Assembly (NCBI GenBank): GCA_963805945.1
Contig: CAWDVP010000008.1
Location: 13,724 to 77,723, forward strand
Direction of reading: 5' to 3'
Origin: Vulcanimicrobiota bacterium
Lineage (GTDB): Bacteria > Vulcanimicrobiota > Vulcanimicrobiia > Eremiobacterales > Eremiobacteraceae
Length of the DNA stretch: 64,000 bases
Shown one piece after another: positions 21,220 to 33,700 of the stretch. The first letter of the stretch is position 1. Every line of letters starts with the position of its first letter. Below the pieces are notes generated by a model. The model had not been told where the DNA came from and searched no databases. It saw nothing but the letters and a program-made list of their open reading frames with translations. The position numbers and the translations under genes were made by a program.

Positions 21220-23613
21220 AGAGCTTCTTCAGCGGCTCCGACCACGCGGCCCGCGCGTCGCCGAGCGGTACGTCACAGGCGCCGGCGACGGTGATGTTCG
21301 GGCCGCCGGTCACACCGAGGCGCAGCGCTCGTGCGGGCACGGCGGCGCAGATCGCTTCGAAGGCGGCGACCTTATCGCGCGCCACTTCGACGACGAAGCC
21401 GGGCTGCTCGCCGAACAGCGCCGCCTGCAGGTCGACATCGCGCGCCCATTCGCGCGGGTCGACGAGACGCGCCCCGAGGGCGCCGTCGGCATCGCCGCCC
21501 AAACACATCTCCGCGACGCAGGCGAGCAGCCCGCCGTCCGAGATGTCGTGCGCTGCGCTGATGACGCCCTCCCGTATCCCGTTGACGACCGCGCAGAATC
21601 GAGGCGTTCGCCTCGGCGTAGTCGAGCGTCGGCAGGTCGGACGCATCGCCGGCAGCGCCGCCGGTCGCCGCTGCCAGCACCGATCCGGCGAGCTTGTCCG
21701 TGCGAGCGCCGAACAGGAAGAGCAGTCGATCCGGCGCGGTGATCTGCATGGTGGCGACGCGGGCGACGTCGTCGACGCGGCCGATGCAGGCGACGATCGC
21801 CGAGGGTGCGATCGCGCGACCCGCCGACGACTCGTTGTACAGACTCACGTTGCCGCTCACGAACGGCAGCGGCTCGCCCGGCGCGTTGAGCTGGAGCGAT
21901 GTCGCCGCTTCCGCGAGTCCCTCGATGCCGTCGACGAGTTGGCGATAGGCGATCGGATCCTCGGGATTGCCGTAGTTCAGGCAATCGGTGAGACCGATCG
22001 GCTGCGCTCCGACTGCCGCGACGTTGCGCGCGGACTCGACGACCGCGTGCGCCGCCGCGAGCTTCGCGCTGAGGGCGCCGTAGCGGGGATTGCCGTCGAC
22101 CGAGAGCGCGATGCCTGCGCGCTCGCCGCGCTTGATGATGAAGACGCCGGCGTCCGCATAGCCAGACGGGATGACCGTGGCGCCGCGCACGAACATATCG
22201 TAATGGGTGATGAGCGGCCGCCGGCTGCACACGTCCAGATGGGAGAGAACCGCCAGCAACGCTCGACTGAAGTCGACCGCTCCATTTCCACGGCGTATGG
22301 AGCGGTCGGATTTATCCGACCGGAGCTCTATCGGCGGCGCCGCTTTCCGCTCCGCCACGATCGGGCCTGCGAGCACGTCGATCGGCAGGTCGATCAACTT
22401 TTCGCCGGCGGCGCGCACGACGTAGCGTTTCGCCTCCGTCACCGTGCCGATGACCGCGGCGCGCGCGTCGGCGGCGATCTCCGGCAGCGTGAAGTGCTGG
22501 TTGTAGATCTGGAGCAGCCGTCGGCGTGAACGATGGCGGCACCGCCCACAGCATGCGCTCTTGCGTCTCCGCGCAGGCGATGACGAAGGGCGGCAGCCCG
22601 CTCGCCGCCTGCGGCACTTTGTCGATGTCGATCGCGGCCCCGAATCCGCCGGCGTTGCTCAGCTCACACGAGCTGCCCATGATGCCGCCGGCGCCGAGGT
22701 CCTTGAAACCGACCTGCAGCCCGAGCCGCTCGATCTCCGCGAACACCGCGTATGACGCGCGCATGATAACGCTCTTGAGGAACGGATCGGGGACCTGGAC
22801 CGCGCTCTTGTTGGCCTGCGCTTCCGCCGCGTCGAGCACCAGCGAGGCGAACGCGGCGCCGCCGAAGCCCGATGCGTCGGTCGCCTTGCCGACGAGCACG
22901 AGATCGTATCCGGCGCCGCCGGCCGGCACGCGGCTATGAAGGATGCGGTCGGCGCGCACGATGCCGAGCGCCACCACGTTCACCAGGCAATTGTCGGTGA
23001 ACGACTCGTTGAAGTAGACGTCGCCGGCGATGTTCGGCACGCCGACAGCGTTGCCGTACCCGCCGATCCCGTCCACCGCGGCCGCCGCGACGTATGCGGC
23101 ATGCGAGCCGGGCGTCGGCAGGCCGAAGCGCAGCGGATCGGCGCTCGCCACGACCTCGGCGCCCATGCACAACACATCGCGCAGGATGCCGCCGACGCCG
23201 GTCGCCGCTCCCTCGAACGGCACGACCTGCGATGGATGGTTGTGGCTCTCGTGCGCCACGACGACGCCGTAGTCCACGCCGTCGAGGGTGGCCGCGCGCA
23301 AAATGCCGGCATCTTCGCCGACGCCGACGAGCACGTCGGCGCTGCGCACCGGCAGCGCTTTGAGCAACGGCCGCGAGCTCTTATACGAGCAATGCTCGCT
23401 CCACTGGATCGCGAACGCGTGGGCTTCGGCGCGCGTCGGATCGCGTCCGATGCGCGCTGCGATGGAGCGCAGTTCTTCCGCCGAAAGCGCGAGCGCCTCG
23501 CGGCGTGCGAGGCGCTTGAGGTCCTCGTCCGAGGCGCCGGTGATCGAAAGCGGCTCCGCCGACAAGGAGACTGATGGAGCGGTCGATGCCGTTCGACCGT
23601 CCTTTTCTCTCAC
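21212..23613 (-). CDS. purL: FGAM synthase synthetase subunit (small-type PurL); apparent frameshifts near 22515 and 21600
   Basis: WSEHCSYKSS, ESHNHPS, GAATGVGGILRD, DLGAGG, ETQERM | TDCLNYGNPE, SGNVSLYN | AHDISDGGL. Confidence 0.95.
22261..22323. repeat. REP-like family A pair inside the purL coding sequence
   Basis: gctcgac-tgaa-gtcgaccgCTCCat ttccacggcgt atGGAGcggtcgga-ttta-tccgaccgg; translated RSDKSDRSIRRGNGAVDFSR. Confidence 0.8.
23574..23602. repeat. REP-like family A copy in the purL 5' end
   Basis: atGGAGcggtcga-tgccgt-tcgaccgtcc; translated DGRTASTAP. Confidence 0.75.
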
Positions 23614-24881
23614 GCGCCGGTCTTACCGTTGGGCGGCGCGTTGAGCCGTGCGTCCGATGCGATGACGTTGTTGCGGCTGCGATACTGCGAGACGAGCACC
23701 CTGCCGTAGAGCACGGTGTCGTCGACCGCGAGGATCTTCGCCGCCGCGAGCGCCGCGTTCTCGGGCTCGAGCACGACCGTGCTCGCCACGCCCGAGGGCA
23801 GGTGCAGGCTCGAAAGCACTTCCATGCCGCCCCAATTCGAGCCGATGACCGGACACGCGATGACCGGGTTGGCGGTCGCCGCGTCCACGAACGCGGAGAG
23901 CGCATTGCTCCGCCCGGCGATGGTGATATAGACGACGCGACCCAACGTGCTGTCGGTCTGCTGGATGCGTGTCAGCGCGAACACCGGCGTCTTGTGCGCC
24001 GAGGCGACATGCTTGGTGTTGGGCACGCCGAGCGCGGAGAGCGCCTTGGCGATGCGCTCCGCGTGCGCCGCGTCCGACGCCGAGCCCATCATGATCGACA
24101 CGAAACCACCGCTGCTCTTCTGGAAACGCGCGACCCGCTCGGCGACCTCTTCGTACTTGTCTTTGACGTCGCTCAGATCGCTGTCTTTGGGCGCGCTCAT
24201 GTTGCGGTAGACCTGCTTGTCGAGCATGCGCGTCTGGTCGCCCGCCGGCCAGATCCGCCACGAGTCGTTGTCGATGACGTCGGCGAGCAGGATCTCGCTG
24301 CCGCCGCCGGCGCTCGGGATGCGGCCGAACTCCACCTTGAGGTCGACGAGCTGGACGTCTTGCTGCTTCCACGCATGGGCGAGGATCTCGAACACGAGCC
24401 GGGCTTGGTCGCTCATCTCGACGATTTCCGCCGGCGTGGCGATCTTCTCGGCGACGATCTGCTCGGCGGTGTACTGCGGGTCGTGGCGCGCGTCGTCTTT
24501 GAAGAAATACTCGACGAGGCGCGGCGCGAAGATCGTGCCTTGCGCCACGCCCGGGTTGCGCTTGAGGTAGGAGCCGGCCGCGACGCCGCGCACCACCACC
24601 TCGATCGGGATCATCTCGCATCGGCGTACGACCATCTCGTTGTCGTCGGCGTCTTCGCCGCCGCTCAAGTAGTGGGTCGGCAAGCCGCATGCGTTGAGCA
24701 GGCGGAAGATCCGCGCCGTGGTGAGCGCCGCGAGGCGGCCCTTGCCGGTGATGGTATTGCGTTTGGCGCCGTCGCCGGCGGTGATGCTGTCCTGCGACGA
24801 CACGATCACCGCGTCGGGCTGATCCGGGTGCTGGTAGAGGACCTTCGTCTTGCCCCGGGCGACTTCGACTCCCTTATGCAT
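23610..24881 (-). CDS. purC-purE: Bifunctional SAICAR synthetase / AIR carboxylase (PAICS-like PurC-PurE fusion)
   Basis: GKTKVLY, ITAGDG, CEMIPIEVVVR, DLKVEFG, LADVIDNDSWRIWP, then MMGSASD, ASAHKTP, AGRSNAL, PVIACP, SSLHLPSG. Confidence 0.93.
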   Translation of the reverse strand: MHKGVEVARGKTKVLYQHPDQPDAVIVSSQDSITAGDGAKRNTITGKGRLAALTTARIFRLLNACGLPTHYLSGGEDADDNEMVVRRCEMIPIEVVVRGVAAGSYLKRNPGVAQGTIFAPRLVEYFFKDDARHDPQYTAEQIVAEKIATPAEIVEMSDQARLVFEILAHAWKQQDVQLVDLKVEFGRIPSAGGGSEILLADVIDNDSWRIWPAGDQTRMLDKQVYRNMSAPKDSDLSDVKDKYEEVAERVARFQKSSGGFVSIMMGSASDAAHAERIAKALSALGVPNTKHVASAHKTPVFALTRIQQTDSTLGRVVYITIAGRSNALSAFVDAATANPVIACPVIGSNWGGMEVLSSLHLPSGVASTVVLEPENAALAAAKILAVDDTVLYGRVLVSQYRSRNNVIASDARLNAPPNGKTGA

Positions 24882-26275
24882 GCGTTGCTTTCTCCATCGC
24901 GCGGACTTTCGCCGCGAAGAGGTGTGCGCGCTCGGCGGCGAGGCCGACGTGCGCCGCGGGTTCTAGGAGTGCTTTCATCTCCGCCGGTTTGAGGTGGACG
25001 GTGAACGCCTCATCCTTTGACAGCATCTCCGGCAGCGGGTTTTTCTCGTCCTTCTCTATCGCTTCCCAGGCCTTCATCGAGGCTTCCCGCAGCTTCTCGT
25101 GCAGCGCCTGCCGGTCGGCGCCGCGCCGCGCCGCCGCCATGAGCACCGCCTCGGTCGCGGCGAACGGGCCGAAGGTGGCGAGGTTCGCGGCGATCCGATT
25201 CTTGTCGACCCGTAGGCCGCTCATCACCTTGCTCGCCAGCGAGACGATCTCGTCGGCGGCCAAAAAGCTCTCCGCCAGCACGAAGCGGCGGTTCGCGGAA
25301 TCGTCGAGCGTGCGTTCGAGCAGGTTGTCCGCGGCGTTCTGCCACGTCACCATCGCGTTGGCGGCGATCGGGCCGCGCGAGCGAGCAGATGCGCTCGCAC
25401 ATGATGGGATTGCGCTTGAACGGCATCGCCGACGAGCCGACCTGTTTGGCCTCGAAGGGCTCGCCTACTTCGCCGAACGGGCTGCTCGCCAGCACGCGCA
25501 CGTCGAAGGCGAATTTGCTCGCGGTCGCGGCGAGCGCGGCGACGTTGGCCACGACGATATAATCGAGGCGCCGCGAGTACGTCTGCCCTGTGATGAGCGA
25601 CGCGGTCAGCCCGAACGCCGACATGACGTCGCGTTCGACCTGGTCGGGCGTGACGTCCGAGCCCTTGAGCAGCGCCGCGTACGACGCAGAAGTGCCCACC
25701 GCGCCGCGCAGCCCTTTGCTCGGCAGCCACGCGGCGAGGCATTTCAGATTCTCGTAGTCGAGATAGAGATCGTGCGCCCACAGGCTCATGCGATAGCCGA
25801 GCGTCGTGGGCTCGGCCGCCTGCAGATGCGTGTACGCCATGCACGGCAGGTCGGCGTATTTCTCGATCTGCCCGGCGAAGACATCGAGCAGCGAGCGCAG
25901 CCCGTCGCTGAGCATCGAAAGCGCCTGCTTCAGGCGCGCGGTCTCGACGTTGTCCTCGACGTCCATGGAGGTCGCGCCGAGGTGCAGCTTGCCGCCGCCG
26001 AGCTTGGCCTGCCTCGCGTAGACGCGCAGTTCGGCCATGAGGTCGTGATGGATCTCTTTTTCGATCTCGTGGGCTGCCGCCAGATCCACCGCGTCCACGT
26101 GGCGGCGCAGGTCCGCCAGCTCTTCCTCGGTGACCAGGCCCGCCTTGGCCTGCGCGGTCGCCAGCTCGAGCCAGAGCCGGCGCCACATGCGGCGTTTGGT
26201 CTCCTCGGAGAACAGTTCGCGCATAGCGGGACGGCCGTATCGCCAGGAAAACGGTGAGGAATACGCTGTTGTCAC
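24874..26275 (-). CDS. purB: Adenylosuccinate lyase; apparent frameshift near 25375
   Basis: YSSPFSWRYG, HLGATSMD, YTHLQAAEPTTLG, QVGSSAMPFKRNP | LLERTLDDSANRR. Confidence 0.95.
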
Positions 26276-26386
26276 TGTGCTGATTTCGTTCGGCGCGGGA
26301 CGCTAGCGCCCTTTCCGAGCCTCAAGAGAGAGCGGTAAATCCGCCGCATCGAGGACCCGCATCCAACAGGTGAACAATCGCTATGT

Positions 26387-27413
26387 CTATTTCCGCGCCG
26401 TGAGGCGCACGATCACTTCTTCGAGCGCTTGGTCAGCCTGACGCCGGCCCGTGATCGAACGCTCGAGCGCCGCCATCGTGACGTCGACACGCTCTTTCAA
26501 TTCTTTCTTCGACAGGCCGCGTCCGACGCCCAAGAGCTTGTTGACGCGCCACGCGTTCTGACCGCTCGCGGTGGCGTATTCATTGCCGCGCGCGCCGTTG
26601 TGCAGTTCCCAGATGATCTGCTGCTCGCCGGCGAGCCACACTAGCGGGCCGATCGCCGCGCTCGGATCGGTCGTGAGCTCCTTCGCGAGCTTGAGCGCGA
26701 GATCGGTTTTGCCGTCGTTGATCGCGCCGGCGAGGTCCCAGAACTTCACATCGCTGCTCGGCAGCGCGTACTCGCGCACGTCCGCCTCCTTGATGTCCTT
26801 CTTCAGCAGCGACAGCAGGTCGATGGCGTTCTTGATCTCGGCGACGTTCTCGAGCGAGGCGAGCGCGTTCACCGCGCCGGCGTCCATCGCCACCTTGATC
26901 TGCGCGGCATAGTCCTCGATGTACTTCTTGCAGCCCGCCGCGTTGAGCGTCACGTCGATGACGATCGAATCGTCGCAGGCCTTGGCGAATGCCGCCGCCT
27001 CGTCCATCGGCTTGCGTCCTTGCGGCCTGGAAGGCTTGCCGCTGTGGTCGATGAGCAGCAGCGCCTGCTCGGGCGTGTCTTCCGCTGCGGAGACGATCTC
27101 GTCGCGGTCTTCCTTCTTGAGATCGATGGTGCCGCGCACCACCACGACGCGGCGCGCGGCGAGGAACGGCATCGCGGCGGTCTTCTCGGCGATCGCGCCC
27201 AAGCCGCCCGCGCCGCGCGCATCCACGACGTCGACGTTGAGCGCGCGCATCGATGCATCGGGCACTGCCGCGGCGAGATCAGCCGTGCCACGACCTCGTC
27301 CGCGAGGATCGTCTCCTTGCCCGCGATCACCACGAGCCGAGGCGGCCAGTGCGGCTGGGCTGGCGGCGAACTGCAGAGTAGCCGATCTTGCCCGCCGGCT
27401 TCTTCGCAGGCAC
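26387..27413 (-). CDS. holA: DNA polymerase III delta subunit; apparent frameshifts near 27290-27335
   Basis: [52 protein letters not shown], the HolA pattern. Confidence 0.75.
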
Positions 27414-27414
27414 C

Positions 27415-28506
27415 TTAGGGACGGACCGCCGCGCGGATCGGCTCGCGCGCGAGCATCTCCGCGATGGCGACGCCGAACGGCGGCCGCAGGTCGCCGAACT
27501 CGGTCGCGAAGGCGCTGATATAGACGAGCAGGCGTCACGTCGAACGACGGATTGGCGACCGGCGCGTCCGGCGGCGCGATCGGCGTGCCGCGCACTTGCA
27601 GCACTTCTTTCGCATCGCGCTCCTCGATCGGGATATCGTCGCCTGTCGCCATGCTCGCGTCGAACGTCGAACGCGGCGCCGCGACGTAAAAGGGTATGCC
27701 GTGCTCGCGTGCGAGCACCGCGAGACCGTAGCTGCCGATCTTGTTCGCGGTGTCGCCGTTGGCGGCGATGCGGTCGGCGCCCACGATGACGGCTCCGATC
27801 TCGCCGCGGCGCATGAAGTAGGCCGCCATGCGCGTCGGTGATGAGCGTGAACGGGATGCCGTCGCCGAGCAGCTCGTACGTGGTGAGCCGCGCGCCCTGC
27901 AGCTGCGGGCGCGTCTCGCCCACGTACACCGCGCGCAGCTTGCCCGCGCGCCAAGCGGAGCGGATGACGCCGAGCGCCGTGCCGTAACCGCCGGTGGCGA
28001 AGTCGCCGGTATTGCAATGGGTGAGCACTTGCACGCCGTCGGGCAGCAGCGCCTCGCCGGCGGCGCCGATGCGGCGGCATGCCTCGATATCGTCAGCGTG
28101 CAGCGCCGCGGCCGCGACCTGCAGCTGTGCGGCGACGGTCTTGGCCGACGCACCGCCGTTGATGTTGCGCTTGGCCTCGTTGAGCAATTCGTTGACCGCC
28201 CAAGGCAGGTTGACCGCGGTCGGCCGCGCCGACGCGAGCGTCTGCGCCGCGTCGGAGAGCATGGCGAGGAAATGGTCCGGGCTATCGGCTTTTTGCGCCG
28301 CGTCGAGCGCCGCGATCGCCAGGCCGTATGCCGCCTGCGATGCCGATGGCCGGCGCGCCGCGCACGCGCATCTCGCGGATCGCGTTGACGACCGCCGCCG
28401 GCGAGTCGAGCGACAGCACCTCGACCGCGTCGGGCAGTTTGGTCTGATCGATGAGGCGCAGGATTGCCGGCTCGTAGGCGATGTGCGGCGGGCGCTGCGG
28501 GGTCAT
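27415..28506 (-). CDS. mtnA: S-methyl-5-thioribose-1-phosphate isomerase; several apparent frameshifts
   Basis: [18 protein letters not shown] | [27 protein letters not shown] | [25 protein letters not shown]. Confidence 0.93.
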
Positions 28507-29815
28507 GCGCGCGCGAACTCCTGGTCGGCGACGCTGAGCGCCTCGCCGATGATGCGCGCCGCCTCGTCCGCCTGCGCGATGGTGACGACGAGCGGCGGTT
28601 GGATCCGCAGCGTGCTCGCATACAGCCCGCCGCGCCCGATGAGCAGGCCTTTGTCTTTGCACAGGTTGAGGACGCGCTCTGCCGCTGCCCCGGCCGGCTC
28701 TTTGGTGGCGCGATTGATGACGAGTTCCACGCCGATCATGAGCCCGCGCCCGCGCACCTCGCCGACGATCGGATGACGCGCGGCAAGCGCGCGCAGCGAC
28801 GCCATGAGGTGCGCGCCGACCTTGCCGGCGTTGGCCGTCAGGTTCTCTTCTTCTACCACCTCGAGCGCGGCGACCGCGGCGCGCGAGGACAGCGGATTGC
28901 CGCCGAACGTGTTGATATGCGGTCCTTGATATGCGTCGGCGATCTCCCGGCGCGCGATCACCACCGAGATCGGCAGTCCGTTGCCCAGGCCCTTCGCCGA
29001 GGTGATGATGTCCGGCGTGACGCCCCAATCGGTGATCCCGAACATGTTCGAGCCGAGCCGGCCCCATGCCGTCTGCACTTCGTCGGCGATGAAGAGGATG
29101 CCGTGGCGGTCGAGGATCTCCTTGACCTTCGGGTAGTACTCGGGCGGCGGCGTGATGATGCCGCCGACGCCTTGGATCGTCTCGGCGAAGTAACCGGCGA
29201 CGTGGCCAGACGTCTCGGTCTTGATGATGTTCTCGATGGCGTCCGCGCACGCGATCTCGCACGATGGATAGGTGAGGTTGAGCGGGCAGCGATAGCAGTA
29301 CGCGTTGGGCGCGAACACGATCTTGCTCGGCTCGCCGCCGAAGTTGCGCCACGCCGCTAAGCCGGTGATGCCCACCGTCCACGCGGAGCGGCCGTGGTAG
29401 GCGTGGGCGAGCGCGATGAACTCCGAATGTTTGGTGAAGTGGCGGGCCAGCACGCGCCGCCAGTTCATTCGCCTCGGTGCCGGAGTTGCCGATGAAGACC
29501 TTGTCCAGGCCGGGCGGCGAGATCTCGGAGAGCTTCTCCGCCAGATCGAGCATCGGCTCGTTCAAGTACAAGCGTCGAGGTGTGGACGATCTTGTCCACC
29601 TGATCGTGGACGGCGGCCTTCACCTTCGGGTGGTTGTGGCCGGCGACGAGCACCGCGATGCCGGCGAAGAAGTCGAGATAGCGGCGGCCTTCGTCGTCGG
29701 TGACATACGCGCCGTCACCCGAGACCAACGTCAGCGGCTCCGGATAGTAGGTCTTGGCGCAGTCCATGAGATACGCGGCCTTGCGTGCTGCGTTGCGGTT
29801 CGCTACTTTCGCCAT
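28503..29815 (-). CDS. Class III PLP aminotransferase (AGXT2/beta-alanine transaminase-like); apparent frameshifts near 29570 and 29465
   Basis: [15 protein letters not shown] | NSGTEANE | [50 protein letters not shown]. Confidence 0.9.
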
Positions 29816-29909
29816 GGTGGCGCTGAAGGTTCTACGCCCCCGGCACACGCGCCCCCCGGGGCACGCGCCGCGCGGGGATGGCGCGTGCTCCGGGCGAACG
29901 CGCCAGCGC

Positions 29910-30743
29910 GTGCATCACCATTTCCGGCTTGCCTTGGCCTGCGCGGTCGCGGTCGGCGTCGCGGCGCTCGCGTCGCCGCTGGGCGCCCGATCCGACGATG
30001 CGCCGGCCGACGACGATCCCTGCCTTTCGCTGCTCGCGGTCGTCAACAGGCCCACCATCGGCACGAGTCCGTGCTCGGTCAAGCCCGGCAAGGTGCTATT
30101 GGAAGCAGGCTACACGAACGGGGCGTCCGGCGACCTTCACATCAACCTCGCCACCGCGCCGCAGTCGGTGTTCCGCATCGGTCTGCCGCACGATCTCGAG
30201 GTCGACGTCACGCCGCCGTCGGAGAACTGGCAGTCCACGGCGGGCGGTGTCGCGAGCGCGGGCACGAGCGATTCCGGCATCGGCATCAAGTACGAGATCG
30301 GGCACCATCGACGCTTCGCGTATGCGGCCGGTCTCAACGCGACGTTTCCGACTGGTTCGCTCTCCTTCACCAGCGGCTCGCCCGTGTACACGTTGAGTTT
30401 CGACGAGTCGTATGCGCTCAGCCGCACCGTCGGCCTAGCCGCGTCGCAGTACGTCATCAGCGCGACCGGGAGAAATGCGGCCGGCGGACTGACGCGCTTC
30501 ATCTCCTTCGCACCCACGGTCGTCGTCAGCCAGGCGTTGGGCCTGGACGCGCAAGCGTATCTCGAAGGGTATAGCGCGATCCCGTTCACACCGGGCGGCG
30601 GACCGCGCTACTTCTACGATGGGGGCGTGCAGCAGGCGATCGCCAACCGCGTGGAGCTCGACGTCGAGGTGGGATCGAACTTCGCGACCGCTTCGAGCGG
30701 TCATTCGCACTACGTCGGGTTCGGCCTCGCGATATTGTTCTGA
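29910..30743 (+). CDS. Putative outer-membrane beta-barrel (transporter/Phenol_MetA_deg-like)
   Basis: Signal peptide, NRPTIGTSPCSV.PG..LEAGY, GTSDSGIGIKY, alternating beta strands, C-terminal Phe. Confidence 0.7.
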   Translation: MHHHFRLALACAVAVGVAALASPLGARSDDAPADDDPCLSLLAVVNRPTIGTSPCSVKPGKVLLEAGYTNGASGDLHINLATAPQSVFRIGLPHDLEVDVTPPSENWQSTAGGVASAGTSDSGIGIKYEIGHHRRFAYAAGLNATFPTGSLSFTSGSPVYTLSFDESYALSRTVGLAASQYVISATGRNAAGGLTRFISFAPTVVVSQALGLDAQAYLEGYSAIPFTPGGGPRYFYDGGVQQAIANRVELDVEVGSNFATASSGHSHYVGFGLAILF

Positions 30744-30758
30744 CGGGCGATCGAGCCG

Positions 30759-33700
30759 CTAGATCTTGTGGAAGCCCAGCAGGCGGCGCAGCACGCCCGT
30801 GAAGGTGAGCAGGGCGAAGGGTATGAGCAGCCATCCGGCCGCACGCAGCAGGCCGGCGGACGAGGCGGCGGTGACGGGCGAACCCGGGATGCCGCACCCG
30901 GAGACGCGCCACGACGTGAGCAGCGCAGGATCGAGCGACGCGTAGGTCGCGATGCCGAGCGCCGCGGCGTCGTCGAGCGGCGCGCGCTCGTCGCACGCAG
31001 CCGTTGTAGCGGTCGAATTTATTCGACCGTCCGCCGGCACCGCTGAGCCCGGCACGAATGCGAAGATGAGGAACGCGATAAGCACCGGCGCGAGCAGCCA
31101 CGCGAGCATGCGCCACGGCCGCACGCCGTAGCCCGGGATCGCGCGCAGCACGCGGTCGCCCAGCAAGCGCAACAGATCCGCCCAGCAGGCCGCGGTCCAC
31201 GGCGGATTGCGGAACGGCCGGATCGCGTCTCCCTCGAGTTCGCGTCGCATGTAGAACGCGTCGGCCGCCATGCGGGCCTGCGCGCGCGGCGAGTGCGCGG
31301 GACCGCGCTGTCCTTTGTCGACGGCGCGCGCCGGGAACACCGCATCGTCGCTCGGCGCTTGCGACGCGGACTGCAGCACGACGAAATGACCGCCGCGCAG
31401 GTCGAGGGTGAGGCCATGGTCGCTCGAACGCGCCGGCGCCGGCGCGGGCGTGAGTTCGCCGTTGCCGCGCGCAGGCCGCCCCGAGACTGCTTGCGCGCGC
31501 ACGCTCTTCGCCGCGGCGCGCTCGCCGATGCGCAGGCCGCGGAAATGCATCCAGCGCAGATCGAGCGGCGCCTCGAACGTCGCATCGGAGAACACCGCGT
31601 CGCGGCCGACGCGGCTGCCGACAAAACGGGTCTCGGCGGCGAAACTCGCGCGCTCGCACAGCAGGTCTGAGGTCACGTCCGCACCATCGAAGATCGCTCG
31701 GCGGGCGAACGCTGCGCCGCTGCAATCGAGCTGTCCGCCGATGTGTGCGGCGTCGAAGCGCGCGTCGCCGCCGAAGCGAGCACCCGAGCACAGCATGTCC
31801 GACTGCACGCTTGCGCCTTCGAAGTCGGCCGGCCCATCGAAGCGCGTCGTGCGCAGCTGCAGCCCCTCGCCGAACGTCGCACCTGAGAATTCCGCGCGCG
31901 CGGCGAACGTGGCATCGTCGAAGCTCGAGTCTTTGCCTGCGCTGATCCTGTGGAACAGGGTGTCGCCGCCGAACGTCGCGCCACTCGCGTCGACGCCGCC
32001 GGCGATGCCGACGTCGTTGCAACGCACTTCGCCCTGCAGTCGTGCCGCCCGCATGCCGAGCGCTCCCCGCACCTCTGCGCCGTCGAACAACGCGGCGCGC
32101 GCGAAGACCGCCTTATCGAAGGACGCGCTGCCGCCGATACGAGCGCCGCGGAAATCTGCATCCGCATCAAATGCGGCAGCGCCGCATTCCAACGAGCCGC
32201 CGGTCTGCACGGCGCCGAACTGCGCCGCGCCGGTGAAATGGGATCCCGTCAGGGTGGCGCCGGCGCCGATGCGCGCCGCGCCGAAATTGGCCTCACGGGC
32301 GAAAGTGGCGCTCGTGCCTGCGACGCCGCCACCGACGACGAGCGAGCGGAACGTCGCGGGGCCATCGAAGCGAGCGCCATCGATCTTCAGATCGCCGCCG
32401 ACCTTGGCGTGCGCAAAGGTCGCGTCCTCGCAGAAATGCGCTTTGCTGGCGAGCAGCGCGCCCTTGCAGGAAAGGCTCGCGAAGCGCGCCGCGCGCGCGA
32501 GGGTCGCGCCGCTCAGGTCCACGTCGCCGCCGCTCTCGGCGGCGCTCAGATCGATCTCGCCGCGGCACTCGACGTTGGCAGCGGCGATCGCGCCGGCGCG
32601 CAGGCTCGGCATCGCGGTGGCGCCCGCGAAAACCGTCCAGGCGAAGCACGCCCGCCCGTCCACGCGGACGTTCGGCAGAGTCAGCTGCGGCGGCGAAGGT
32701 CGCGCGCGTGCAGTCGAGCGAGCCCAGGCGCGCGTTGGCAAAGGTGACAGGACCATGGAACGCCGCGTGCGTGAAGTCGGCTTCGCCGGCGACGCGCAAT
32801 TCGCTCAGGTCGGCGCCGCGGTCGAACGAGGCGGACTCGCACGACAGCGCGCCGCCGACGTCGCAGCCGCGCAGATCCGCGCCTCGCCTTGAATTTCGCG
32901 TCCTCGAGGTTCAGGTCCGCGCCGACGCCCATGCCCGCGAAACTCACGTCGCGCTCGAACACCGATTGCAGGCACAGCACGTTGCGCGCCATCGCGCGCC
33001 TCTTTGAGCGACACGGTCGCGGCGAACACGATGTTCGACAGCGTGAGCTGCGCCAGCTGGGCGCCTTCGAACGCCACCTCGCCGCCAAAGGACGCGCCGG
33101 TGGCGATGACCGCCTCCGTGACGCGGATCGACGGGAACAGCGCGCGTCGCCGGAAGTGCGACTCCGAAAGATCGAGCTGGCCGCCGATCTGCGCGCGCTC
33201 GAGCCGCACGTCGCCGTCGAAGGCCGCGCGCTTGAGGCTCGCATGCCGCACGACCGAGAGGTCGATGAGGGCGACGTCGCCGGCGACGAGCGCGCCCTCG
33301 AGGATGAGGTCGCCGCCGATCTGCAGTTCTTGGCACTCGAACGGTCCATGGATCTTCAGCGCGTCGCCCGTGAGCGAGCCGCCGATCCTGGCGCCTTTGG
33401 CGCGCAGCGCGTCCGTCGACGTCGGCGTCATGCAGGCTCAGTGCGCCGCCGATCGCGACACCCGCGAGATCGAGTTCGCCGCTGAACTTCACGCCCGCGA
33501 AACTGACGTCGCCTTCGCCGCGCATGCCGGCGAGGATCACGCGGCCGCCGAACGCCGTGCCGTCGAAGCGGACCGCCTGCAAGAAGCGCGCATCGCCGAG
33601 TGAGATGCCCGCGGCGCGCGAATTGGTGATTGCGAACGAAGCCGGCACGTAGCGTCCGCTCAAGTCGAGGTCGCCCGCGATCACCGCGTTGTCGATGTCG

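Noticed and set aside
26276..26386. Purine, ZTP or PRPP riboswitch upstream of purB
   Set aside because: No recognisable consensus for these riboswitch classes; only short generic hairpins
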